A DNA stretch of 44,063 nucleotides from a virus: the IMG/VR virus record IMGVR_UViG_3300045988_104774. One strand, given 5' to 3'. The translations under genes and the position numbers were made by a program. The notes under the pieces are model-generated. The model was not told the origin of the DNA. It made no database searches and saw only the letters and a list, made by a program, of their open reading frames with translations. Of this stretch, positions 7,878 through 15,273 are shown piece after piece; the first letter of the stretch is position 1, and each line of letters starts with the position of its first letter.

Positions 7878-8429
7878 TTATAACATATCTCTAAGCTTGT
7901 CCACATACCGCTTCACAAGGTCACGTTCTTCGCGGCACTCCGCGTCCTTTGACATGTCCCCAATCTCAGCGGTAAGCCCATCCAGATGCTCTTCCAGTGC
8001 GGCAAGCATCTTGCGCTTGCAGTCTTCGGATTTTCCAGAGCGGTAGCTCTGTTTCTGGGTCATGTAATCATCGTAAGCATCCCGTCCATCATTGCGGCTG
8101 TAATGCCCTCGCACGTAATGTTCGCCACGGCGCATGTAAGACGCTCCGCGGTCATAGTCCGGCATCATCCGGCCGTCGGAAGAACTGTAACGGCCCATGC
8201 TATCCCGTCCACGGCGTTCGCTGTAGTCACCTACACCGTCACGCATCTGATCCAGTACAGTCATATAGTACTCGCTCTTTTTGTCCCAGTACTCCGTGTT
8301 TTTGATATCCTTGTACATGTCAATCAGCTTGAAAGCGGTGTCCAGATTGCTAACAGAAAGTCCTTTTTCTGCGATCTTTCCAATCTCATCCTCAATACGT
8401 GCACATAAGTCTTTAACATCTCTCATCAT
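7878..8429 (-). CDS. hypothetical R/D/Y/S-rich protein
   Basis: 183 aa; AGGAGGTG before ATGATG, directly after the upstream stop; no family recognised. Confidence 0.6.
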   Translation of the reverse strand: MMRDVKDLCARIEDEIGKIAEKGLSVSNLDTAFKLIDMYKDIKNTEYWDKKSEYYMTVLDQMRDGVGDYSERRGRDSMGRYSSSDGRMMPDYDRGASYMRRGEHYVRGHYSRNDGRDAYDDYMTQKQSYRSGKSEDCKRKMLAALEEHLDGLTAEIGDMSKDAECREERDLVKRYVDKLRDML

Positions 8430-8438
8430 CCCACCTCC

Positions 8439-8861
8439 TTACGCTACCCGTGTAACCACAAGATTTGCGTTTGCCACGGTGATAGCCTGGGTACTGGTAT
8501 TCTCTACCGCAACATCAAAGCAGCATCCGCGCGGAACATCAATAAAGATTCCGGCAGATACGTTGTTAAACGCTTCTACCGCGGTCGGCGTGGAAATCAT
8601 CTGAGAGGATAAGACTGGTTCGCCGCCGATTGCAACAGCAAGAGAAATTGCTCCCGCCGTCCCTCCGGTCGGCACTGCAATATTCGCAGAAAAGTCCACA
8701 AAATAGCGGGCCTTACACTGGTTTGTCATACCTCTGAGGGTAACTATTCCGCTGCCCTCCCGGTGCTGTACACATGTGGTTCCTTTTACAGCGGTATTGG
8801 TGTATACCACGTTTCCGTTTGCTGCCACTTCCTGTGCAGCAACAGCTACATATTCAGCCAT
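8439..8861 (-). CDS. hypothetical beta-rich protein, possible BclA-C-terminal / C1q-like fold
   Basis: Start trimmed to MAEYVAVAAQE.. behind AAAGGAGA; ends ..ANANLVVTRVA; the resemblance is from weak recollection only. Confidence 0.3.
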   Translation of the reverse strand: MAEYVAVAAQEVAANGNVVYTNTAVKGTTCVQHREGSGIVTLRGMTNQCKARYFVDFSANIAVPTGGTAGAISLAVAIGGEPVLSSQMISTPTAVEAFNNVSAGIFIDVPRGCCFDVAVENTSTQAITVANANLVVTRVA

Positions 8862-8886
8862 ATTGTTTTCTCCTTTTTCATATCGC

Positions 8887-8914
8887 AAAAAGGCAGGACT
8901 GAGCCTGCCTTTTT
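8887..8914 (-). terminator. rho-independent terminator (bidirectional form)
   Basis: AAAA-AGGCAGG-actgag-CCTGCCT-TTTT read directly. Confidence 0.75.
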
Positions 8915-8993
8915 GCATAATACCGGCTCTGGGCCGAACATCCAATGTCTTGTTGAGGTCAACAAAACATCAGAAGATACAGATATGAGGTTT

Positions 8994-9758
8994 TCAGCAG
9001 TTGCATCCAGCGTTACAGCCATAGTATGTGTTCGGGTTCGGCACCTGGTAAGCCGGAATCGGTGCCGGATTGATCGCATTAATGAGCTGCTGGGTCTGTG
9101 CTGCCATAGCGGTAGTAAGCAATGCACTCTGACGATCCTGAGATGCAGCACGTCTGAGATCATTGTTTTCAGCCTGGAGGGAAGAAATCTTCTCATTGCA
9201 CAGGTAGTCCAGAATGGCTCTGGTTCCGGCGTTCTGGCTGTCGATAATGTCTCTGGTGTTGTTGTTCATGGTGTTCTGGAGTGCACAGGTGTTCTGCGCC
9301 ATGTTGTAGTTTACACCCTGGATTGCTTCCCGGGTCTCACAGCAACACTGAGCAAGCTGCGCCTGGAGTGCGTTGGTGTTCTGCATGTTGGCTACAGTGT
9401 CGGCGTTAATAGCCTGCTGGATGCCGAAACCAGTCTGCATGACGTTTGTATTGATGCCGTTGAATCCGGTAAGCATACCGTTATTCATGGCATAGAAGCC
9501 ATCACACAGGCCGCTGGACAGGCCGTCCAGTTTGCTGATAACCGCCTGGTTGTCAAACCCGCGCTGGATCGCAGAATCGGTGTATGCGCTTCCGGCTGCT
9601 CCACCTCCGCCGTTTCCCCAGCCATTGCCACCCCATCCGCAGAAAGCGAAAATGAATAAAACGATGAGCCACCAGACACCGTCTCCGCCAAACATTCCAT
9701 CATTTCTGTTGTTTCCGGTTAAAAGAGCAACGTCAGAAGCTGTTAAGTTTCCATCCAT
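8994..9758 (-). CDS. membrane-anchored G/N/Q-rich protein ending GCNAGCNC
   Basis: Start trimmed to MDGNLTASDV.. behind AAAGGAGA; hydrophobic WWLIVLFIFAFCGW, then a Gly run, then an N/Q/A-rich region. Confidence 0.6.
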   Translation of the reverse strand: MDGNLTASDVALLTGNNRNDGMFGGDGVWWLIVLFIFAFCGWGGNGWGNGGGGAAGSAYTDSAIQRGFDNQAVISKLDGLSSGLCDGFYAMNNGMLTGFNGINTNVMQTGFGIQQAINADTVANMQNTNALQAQLAQCCCETREAIQGVNYNMAQNTCALQNTMNNNTRDIIDSQNAGTRAILDYLCNEKISSLQAENNDLRRAASQDRQSALLTTAMAAQTQQLINAINPAPIPAYQVPNPNTYYGCNAGCNC

Positions 9759-9828
9759 AATTATTAAATCTCCTTTGATGTATTTACATTGATTTGGCCA
9801 AATCATAATGTACTTATTTATAAAAATA

Positions 9829-9837
9829 TGTTATAAT
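9829..9837 (+). promoter_or_regulatory. extended -10 element (TGtTATAAT) upstream of HNH endonuclease 1
   Basis: Sequence read directly; ~100 nt upstream of ATG 9939. Confidence 0.4.
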
Positions 9838-9938
9838 TTAGTCGTACGGATAGGGTAGCTCCCGAAAGTCTCATGTCCTAGAGATTTCCGTACTTTCATC
9901 AATAGGACACGCACACTGAAAGGACAGGTGTTATTTTT

Positions 9939-10490
9939 ATGCAAGAAATTTGGAAAGATATACCCGATTATGAGGGAATATATCAAGTTAGTAACTTCGG
10001 GAATGTAAAAAGTATGAATTACAATCATACTGGAAAGCCTAAAAATCTGACCATTAAAAGTCATCATTCTGGATATAGAATGGTTATGTTATGTAAAAAC
10101 GGAAATCATAAAAATAAAACCATTCATATTCTTGTGGCAACTGCTTTTATTGAAAACCCTTTAAATAAGCCTTGTGTTAATCATATTGATGGCAACAAAT
10201 CAAACAATTGTGTTTCTAACTTGGAATGGGTATCATATAGTGAGAACACAAGGCATGCAATAAAAACAGGGTTACGCGCTGATTCTAATATGACTGGTTG
10301 TAAAGGAATATTAAATCCCCTTAGTCGTCCAGTGTATCAATATACAAAATCAAATCAGCCTGTAAAAAAGTGGCCATCAATATCTGATGCGGCCAGATAT
10401 TTGAATTGTCCACCAGCGTCAATTATAAATAACGCAAAAGGGCGAACCAAAAGTTTACATGGCTACGTTTGGAAATACGAGGAAGATTAA
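9939..10490 (+). CDS. NUMOD4-HNH homing endonuclease (copy 1)
   Basis: MQEIWKDIPDYEGIYQVSNFGNVKS (NUMOD4-like) and VNHIDGNKSNNCVSNLEW (HNH_3-like); AT-rich; the only plus-strand gene in the late region. Confidence 0.85.
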   Translation: MQEIWKDIPDYEGIYQVSNFGNVKSMNYNHTGKPKNLTIKSHHSGYRMVMLCKNGNHKNKTIHILVATAFIENPLNKPCVNHIDGNKSNNCVSNLEWVSYSENTRHAIKTGLRADSNMTGCKGILNPLSRPVYQYTKSNQPVKKWPSISDAARYLNCPPASIINNAKGRTKSLHGYVWKYEED

Positions 10491-10506
10491 TTCTTCCTCT
10501 TTTTTA
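10479..10506 (+). terminator. rho-independent terminator after HNH 1
   Basis: GAGGAAGA-ttaat-TCTTCCTC followed by TTTTTT. Confidence 0.7.
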
Positions 10507-10725
10507 TTTCATGCCGCCCAGCATCCGTTGAAACTGCTGTGCCATCTGCTGAGCCTGATCAAGCTGCGCCTGTGATATTCTGCCAGACTGCAACATCTTT
10601 TGTACCTCAGCTTTTGGGTCTCCCTTAAAGTTTTGCTTAAACTGCGCAAACTGCTGCATCATCTGCATGGGGCCATTTCCGCCCATCGGCATGCCGCCGA
10701 ACATTTGGAATAATGGGTTACTCAT
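10504..10725 (-). CDS. hypothetical Q/M/G-rich small protein
   Basis: Start trimmed to MSNPLFQMFGG.., overlapping the upstream stop (ATGAGTAA). Confidence 0.5.
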   Translation of the reverse strand: MSNPLFQMFGGMPMGGNGPMQMMQQFAQFKQNFKGDPKAEVQKMLQSGRISQAQLDQAQQMAQQFQRMLGGMK

Positions 10726-11182
10726 CTGCTGCCGCACCTCCCTTTGATCTCCGGCTCTCTGGTTTGACAGTAGAGCCGCCGCTTGCTGGAAACGAATTTA
10801 TCTTGTCCAGAATCTCATTGTATTTGTCAAAAAGGTCCTGGTACTCTTTACGGGTAACATACATATCATTCATGACTGCTTCCGGCTGTTTCTGTGGCAT
10901 TCTTCCGTTTATTTCGTGGTACTCAAATACGCGTAAAGGTTGCGGCATACCGGAAACATCCGTTGACTTGATGTAAAAGCGCTCCGCTTCGCTGTCCATC
11001 AGCAGTACGCATGATCCGGGAGCAACAAGGTAAGACTTCGCCCCAGTCTCGCCCTGCACCCATAGTATTCCTTGGTTATTTGTCGGTGCCATCGGCTGTG
11101 GGACGGGCTGATATTGGTTCATCTGCGCCATACGATCCTGATACAGCTGGTATGGCTGATACATGTTCGGATATGCTGCCAT
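10718..11182 (-). CDS. hypothetical protein with Y/Q/P/M-rich N-terminus
   Basis: GGAGGA 9 nt before ATG 11182; MAAYPNMYQPYQLYQ.. then GILWVQGETGAKSYLVAPGS..; no family recognised. Confidence 0.55.
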   Translation of the reverse strand: MAAYPNMYQPYQLYQDRMAQMNQYQPVPQPMAPTNNQGILWVQGETGAKSYLVAPGSCVLLMDSEAERFYIKSTDVSGMPQPLRVFEYHEINGRMPQKQPEAVMNDMYVTRKEYQDLFDKYNEILDKINSFPASGGSTVKPESRRSKGGAAADE

Positions 11183-11296
11183 GTTCGATTTCCTCCAATT
11201 CTTCCAAAAAGATCAAAATATCGTGGTAATCGGTTTTTATAGGTATCTCTACCACATAGTCATCGGAAAACATCTGCTCCATACTTATATTTTGGC

Positions 11297-11331
11297 ATAA
11301 AAAATAAGCCCCTGACAGTTCGTCAAAGGCT
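11297..11331 (-). terminator. rho-independent terminator after the sigma-r4-like gene
   Basis: Minus strand AGCCUUUGAC-GAACU-GUCAGGGGCU (10 bp, two G-U) followed by UAUUUUUUAU. Confidence 0.6.
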
Positions 11332-11342
11332 CAATAAAGTAT

Positions 11343-11552
11343 CTATAAAGTTCCACATATGCGAATGATCTTTGAGTTTACCCGGCGGCTGATCCGCTTC
11401 GCGGTGGCAAGGCTGACATTCATGTTTTCAGCACATATCTCCATCGGAACGCCAGCGGCCCGGTACTCAAATAAAGTTCTTTCATCTGGTGTAAAATTCG
11501 CAAGCGCCCGGAACCTGTTAAGCTCAGGGACTGTAAAATCATACACTTTCAA
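11343..11552 (-). CDS. sigma-70 region-4-like / LuxR-type HTH small regulator
   Basis: FTPDERTLFEYRAAGVPMEICAENMNVSLATAKRISRRVNSKI resembles a region-4 HTH. Confidence 0.5.
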   Translation of the reverse strand: MKVYDFTVPELNRFRALANFTPDERTLFEYRAAGVPMEICAENMNVSLATAKRISRRVNSKIIRICGTL

Positions 11553-11563
11553 TATCAGACCTC

Positions 11564-11896
11564 TTAATTTTTTGTCAGGGCTTCCAACAGATCGTCCCGG
11601 GTTTTTTTTAAACCCTCCACGTTGTTTCCGGTTATCTTGTTTTCAATCAAATTAAACATGCTCCTCATAAGCAGTTGGGTATCTTCCCGGTTCTGCTTGA
11701 TGTTGGAATAATCGTTGTCTAGCTTCTCCTTGATGTCTTTGATATCCGTCTCAATAGCGCCCACGCGCTTCTCTATATCCTGCTGCGGTTTCTTCGCATG
11801 GGAATAGACCGTGTAAAGCACCCCGGCGGCGGCTCCGATGGTGCCAATGCCGCTGCAAATTGATACAATAGTACGCACAAACTCTAAGTCAATCAT
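11564..11896 (-). CDS. N-terminal TM anchor plus coiled-coil protein (BhlA/UviB/XhlA-like architecture)
   Basis: Start trimmed to MIDLEFVRTIVSICSGIGTIGAAAGVLYTV.. behind GAGGAG; ATGATTGA overlap with the upstream gene. Confidence 0.45.
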   Translation of the reverse strand: MIDLEFVRTIVSICSGIGTIGAAAGVLYTVYSHAKKPQQDIEKRVGAIETDIKDIKEKLDNDYSNIKQNREDTQLLMRSMFNLIENKITGNNVEGLKKTRDDLLEALTKN

Positions 11897-12077
11897 CTGT
11901 TGTCTCCTCTGGTTCAAAAAATATGCAACTTCGGCAATCATCCTCACCTATATCCCAAGTGCAAAACTCGCTGTTTGGGTTACAGCATATTTGGTTATAC
12001 ATATGTCTGCATCCATTAATATCTGCTATTTCTTCGCGGAGTTCTCCGTTCAGCAATTTATCTACCCATCTACTCAT
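11889..12077 (-). CDS. small acidic Cys-rich protein (62 aa, 6 Cys)
   Basis: GGGAG RBS; start overlaps the upstream stop; MSRWVDKLLNGELREEIADINGCRHMYNQICCNPNSEFC.. Confidence 0.5.
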   Translation of the reverse strand: MSRWVDKLLNGELREEIADINGCRHMYNQICCNPNSEFCTWDIGEDDCRSCIFFEPEETTDD

Positions 12078-12459
12078 TGCTTTTCTCCCAGTAGTATACC
12101 GGGATCTCGCCGCCGCTGTCCCAGGTGTCGTAATATTTGCCGTTCTGTACCGTCACCACATGACCATCTATACAGAGAATGTATGTGCCGGTTGGATGGT
12201 CTGCGCAGAAGTCGTTGACTGCATAGATATAACGTCCATGATCGTCTATCAAGTGTCGCTGATATCCCAAGTCTTTAAGGTACGCGCCCCAGACATAATT
12301 CGCTGACGGCATGTCACATAGTTTGCAGGCTCTTACCATTAGTTCTGTGAAAACCGTCTCCCAATCTTTCCCGGTTGCCTTGCAGATGGCACGAATAACA
12401 CAATCTCCGACTCTTTTTCCTATAATTGGATTTGGATTATATTCTTCAAACATGTTCAT
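12070..12459 (-). CDS. papain-like (Cys/His) fold protein, C39-like candidate
   Basis: Start trimmed to MNMFEEYNPNP..; GDCVIRAICKATGKDW and IDGHVVTVQNGKYYDTWD fit a Cys..His..Asp layout; ATGA overlap with the HNH 2 stop. Confidence 0.4.
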   Translation of the reverse strand: MNMFEEYNPNPIIGKRVGDCVIRAICKATGKDWETVFTELMVRACKLCDMPSANYVWGAYLKDLGYQRHLIDDHGRYIYAVNDFCADHPTGTYILCIDGHVVTVQNGKYYDTWDSGGEIPVYYWEKSNE

Positions 12460-12974
12460 TTTAAATACTCCCATAAATAACCGCCGCCAATCCCTTTTCG
12501 GCACCATGCTTTTAGCGTTCCAATAGGATATCCAAGCAGTTCTGCTGCAACATGTGCAGAACAGTATGTAGCAAGAATTTTATTCTCTAGTGTTTTCTGG
12601 CAAACTGGTAGCGAAACAGTATCAATTGCACGGATTCTTGCTGTTCCATAATTATTGTTATACTGATACGTGCACCATTCTAGATTTTCAACGGAATTAT
12701 TGAGCTTATTTTCATCTTTATGATTTACGCAAGACAATCCCTCCTTATTTGGAATAAAAGTTTCTGCAACAAGCCTATGAACTTGAAATTTTCTTTTATT
12801 CTTTTTACTATAAAGAGTTACTACATAATATCCGGAATTGATCAAATACGGTTTTAAAATCAATTCCTTGGGTTTCCCTAGTTTTGCACTTTCTTTGAGA
12901 CTTTTTACGTTTCCTAAATTACTAACTTGGTATAATCCCTCATAACCTTTGACATCTTTCCAAATTTCTTGCAT
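12456..12974 (-). CDS. NUMOD4-HNH homing endonuclease (copy 2)
   Basis: Start trimmed to MQEIWKDVKGYEGLYQVSNLGNVKS behind AAGGAG; VNHKDENKLNNSVENLEW; AT-rich. Confidence 0.85.
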   Translation of the reverse strand: MQEIWKDVKGYEGLYQVSNLGNVKSLKESAKLGKPKELILKPYLINSGYYVVTLYSKKNKRKFQVHRLVAETFIPNKEGLSCVNHKDENKLNNSVENLEWCTYQYNNNYGTARIRAIDTVSLPVCQKTLENKILATYCSAHVAAELLGYPIGTLKAWCRKGIGGGYLWEYLK

Positions 12975-12986
12975 CTTATTCTCCTT

Positions 12987-13044
12987 TACGTATATATGTA
13001 TATACGTATATTTTAACATATTTTCATATTTACGTCTACACGTA
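12987..13044. promoter_or_regulatory. two TACGTA-type inverted repeats in the divergent HNH2/RHH promoter region
   Basis: TACGTATATA-tg-TATATACGTA (12987..13008) and TACGT-ctac-ACGTA (13031..13044); TGgTATATT extended -10 at 13049..13057. Confidence 0.55.
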
Positions 13045-13075
13045 TTTATGGTATATTTATCTCGGGAGGTGCATT

Positions 13076-13219
13076 ATGAACAAAGTTAAATTTACAACAA
13101 CCATTGATCAAGAGTTATTGGAAAAATTAAAAATCGCTGCCATCAAGGAAAAATGCTCTGCTTCATTTATTTTGGAAAAACTTATAAGAGAATATCTTAG
13201 CAATAAGGAAGGAAACTAG
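13076..13219 (+). CDS. ribbon-helix-helix (CopG/Arc-like) small DNA-binding protein
   Basis: My translation MNKVKFTTTIDQELLEKLKIAAIKEKCSASFILEKLIREYLSNKEGN (47 aa) behind GGGAGG; strand-helix-helix pattern. Confidence 0.55.
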   Translation: MNKVKFTTTIDQELLEKLKIAAIKEKCSASFILEKLIREYLSNKEGN

Positions 13220-14436
13220 CCTTTCTTTTTTGCTGTTTCATACCGCCGTGCGGCTCCTCGCGCCTTTGCCGCCTGTTCTCTGCCCCACCTTGCTATCTTA
13301 AGGCGGTCGGCTAACGGACGCAGCTCATTAGTTTTGCAATACTCGTTGTATGCCTTGTTCTGCTTCTGGAGTAGATAAGACTTCCTGTCAAACTCGGCTT
13401 GCAGTTCGTAGCGCAGCGCATCGTCTTTGCAGTTTTCTACCGCCGTCTGTAGGCCAATAACCGCTTGCTTTGTTTTGCGGATTCTGCGCTCTAAGGCTCG
13501 TTGCCGCTGCTCCAACTTCTCCATGCGCTCGTTGTCAGCAGTTTGGATATCCTTGTACGGATTATTCACCCCGTCACCGGGACCGAAGCTGTGACGGCAG
13601 TTCCAACCGCCCAGGCCCTCGCCCGTGCCGTATCCGGTCAGAGAAAACGGAGGGAAGCGCTTGTCTTGCCCGGTCCGGCTATAAAACTGCCCTTGCCACC
13701 ACAGGTGGTTTCCAGGATTCGCCCCACCGTCTCCCGTTCTGGCCCCGATGTGCGCCGATACAAGGATAATGTCCCACTCCTGTTCTTTCATCCGCTGCAT
13801 GGATATGTCACCGGAAGCCTGAGATATCCCGGTACGCACCGCACGCGCTGTTGCCGTCTCAATGGTGTCTCTATGCCCCGTTGGATACTGGACTATAACG
13901 CCATTCTGCGCAACCGTATCAACAGCTTCCCTGACAGCCTGTGTGTACGATACAGCGCCGCTTATGACCTTATGGTACGCATTGTCGCACTCGCTTATAA
14001 AAAGGCTCTGTGCGGCTTCTGCGGTCGTTCTTGTCATGTTCGACCATTCGCCCATAGTGGCCTCATAATCCCTCTGGAGTATCCGAACCAGTGCCGGAGA
14101 CTGTTCCAGGGCTTCCGTAGCTATCCCGGAAGCTTCGTATACAGCCTTATCGTATGCCATTGCTTTCACTCCGGCTTCCTCCATTGCGGCGGCTACCTCT
14201 TCACGCTGTAGATTGGTGTATCGGGCTATCTCCTGCGTGATATTCTGCAACAGATATCCAGCATCCTGTAGTATCTGGATGCGCCAGCGGTCGGATGATG
14301 TGAGCATGTACTTCTCCCCGCGCCCCAACCGGATCATGATAGCTTCAATGATTCGCCCGATAATATAGCTATGCAGCGAAGATGCTATATCCTCGCTGCC
14401 CTCTGCCACTCTTTTGAGATATTCCGGCGTTAACAT
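13216..14436 (-). CDS. minor head protein, Phage_Mu_F / SPP1 gp7-like
   Basis: Sits downstream of the portal; GGWNCRHSFGPG motif typical of MuF-like proteins. Confidence 0.7.
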   Translation of the reverse strand: MLTPEYLKRVAEGSEDIASSLHSYIIGRIIEAIMIRLGRGEKYMLTSSDRWRIQILQDAGYLLQNITQEIARYTNLQREEVAAAMEEAGVKAMAYDKAVYEASGIATEALEQSPALVRILQRDYEATMGEWSNMTRTTAEAAQSLFISECDNAYHKVISGAVSYTQAVREAVDTVAQNGVIVQYPTGHRDTIETATARAVRTGISQASGDISMQRMKEQEWDIILVSAHIGARTGDGGANPGNHLWWQGQFYSRTGQDKRFPPFSLTGYGTGEGLGGWNCRHSFGPGDGVNNPYKDIQTADNERMEKLEQRQRALERRIRKTKQAVIGLQTAVENCKDDALRYELQAEFDRKSYLLQKQNKAYNEYCKTNELRPLADRLKIARWGREQAAKARGAARRYETAKKKG

Positions 14437-14443
14437 ACCTCAC

Positions 14444-15268
14444 CTACTCTACATACCAGATTTCCATGCTGCCGTTGTCCCGACTGTGCCAACAAGCGCC
14501 TTCCAAGACTCCCCCGGCAGTCTCATCCAGATAGTACCAGTCCCCGGTGTTGCCATCTGGATCTGCGTTGTAGCCGTCCCACCGGTGCCAACCGGTCAGC
14601 ATATAGCCGTCTGCGTCAAACAGGTACCAGTGATGATTGATAAGACTCCATCGGTTTTTTAAGGCTTCGCCGCTGGAGAAATACATATACTTGCCGTCAG
14701 ATGATTTACTCCACCCGGTCAAATAGTTTCCGACGTTGGCCAGTTTTCCCTCGGTCAGATTAACCGCTACATGGTGACCTTCCAACAGTAGGATATCACC
14801 AGGGCGCAGATAAGTATCACCGTTAAGGTACTCTTTTTCTGTGTATGTGCCGAACCCGGCTTTCACAAGCGCCGCCCGGAGGTTGCCTGTGTAACAGTAG
14901 ATACTCACACTCTGGAGCTTTTTGTCCTGCATTAGATATCCCACAGCCTTAACCAGCGCCGCAACGCCGGAGCTACAGTCCGATTCGCAGTCAACCGTAA
15001 TCTTTTCCGGATCGTAGCCGGATGCTTTCAGATGCTGCCAGAAGGTGTAACGGTCTCCCTGATCATATCCGATATGGTCATTCTTCGCTGCCTTTTCCGC
15101 AAGCTCAGCAATCTTTTTCCCTACCGCAGCGTTTGGGTGCCGGAGCATAACGCCCCACGGGCGGCTATACCACGGGATAACGGCCCACTCATCACCCTTC
15201 TGATCTCCTGCCTTGCCACCGGAATACTTGCCGCGCTCATCATGCCCACAGTTACTTATCATCTCCAT
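14444..15268 (-). CDS. peptidoglycan hydrolase: NlpC/P60-like cysteine peptidase plus cell-wall-binding repeats (candidate endolysin)
   Basis: N-terminal SNCGHDERGKYSGGKAGDQ and PGDILLLEGHHVAVN; C-terminal TGW..G.WYYLD aromatic repeats (CW_binding_1-like). Confidence 0.65.
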   Translation of the reverse strand: MEMISNCGHDERGKYSGGKAGDQKGDEWAVIPWYSRPWGVMLRHPNAAVGKKIAELAEKAAKNDHIGYDQGDRYTFWQHLKASGYDPEKITVDCESDCSSGVAALVKAVGYLMQDKKLQSVSIYCYTGNLRAALVKAGFGTYTEKEYLNGDTYLRPGDILLLEGHHVAVNLTEGKLANVGNYLTGWSKSSDGKYMYFSSGEALKNRWSLINHHWYLFDADGYMLTGWHRWDGYNADPDGNTGDWYYLDETAGGVLEGACWHSRDNGSMEIWYVE

Positions 15269-15273
15269 ACCTC

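Noticed and set aside
8763-9659. 298-aa plus-strand ORF, the longest plus-strand ORF in the late region
   Set aside because: It lies antisense to the N/Q-rich gene 8994..9758, whose AAC/CAG-type codons leave the opposite strand free of stops. It has no RBS and the translation looks nonsensical and Cys/Val-rich. The minus-strand gene has an RBS, a TM segment and a terminator.
11076-11282. 68-aa acidic ORF overlapping 10718..11182 by 107 nt
   Set aside because: It has no RBS and a large out-of-frame overlap with a gene that has a good RBS. The first ~100 nt may simply be the non-coding leader after the terminator at 11297..11331.
13501-14211. 236-aa plus-strand ORF
   Set aside because: It is antisense to the MuF-like gene, is Pro/Arg/Cys-rich and has no translation signals.
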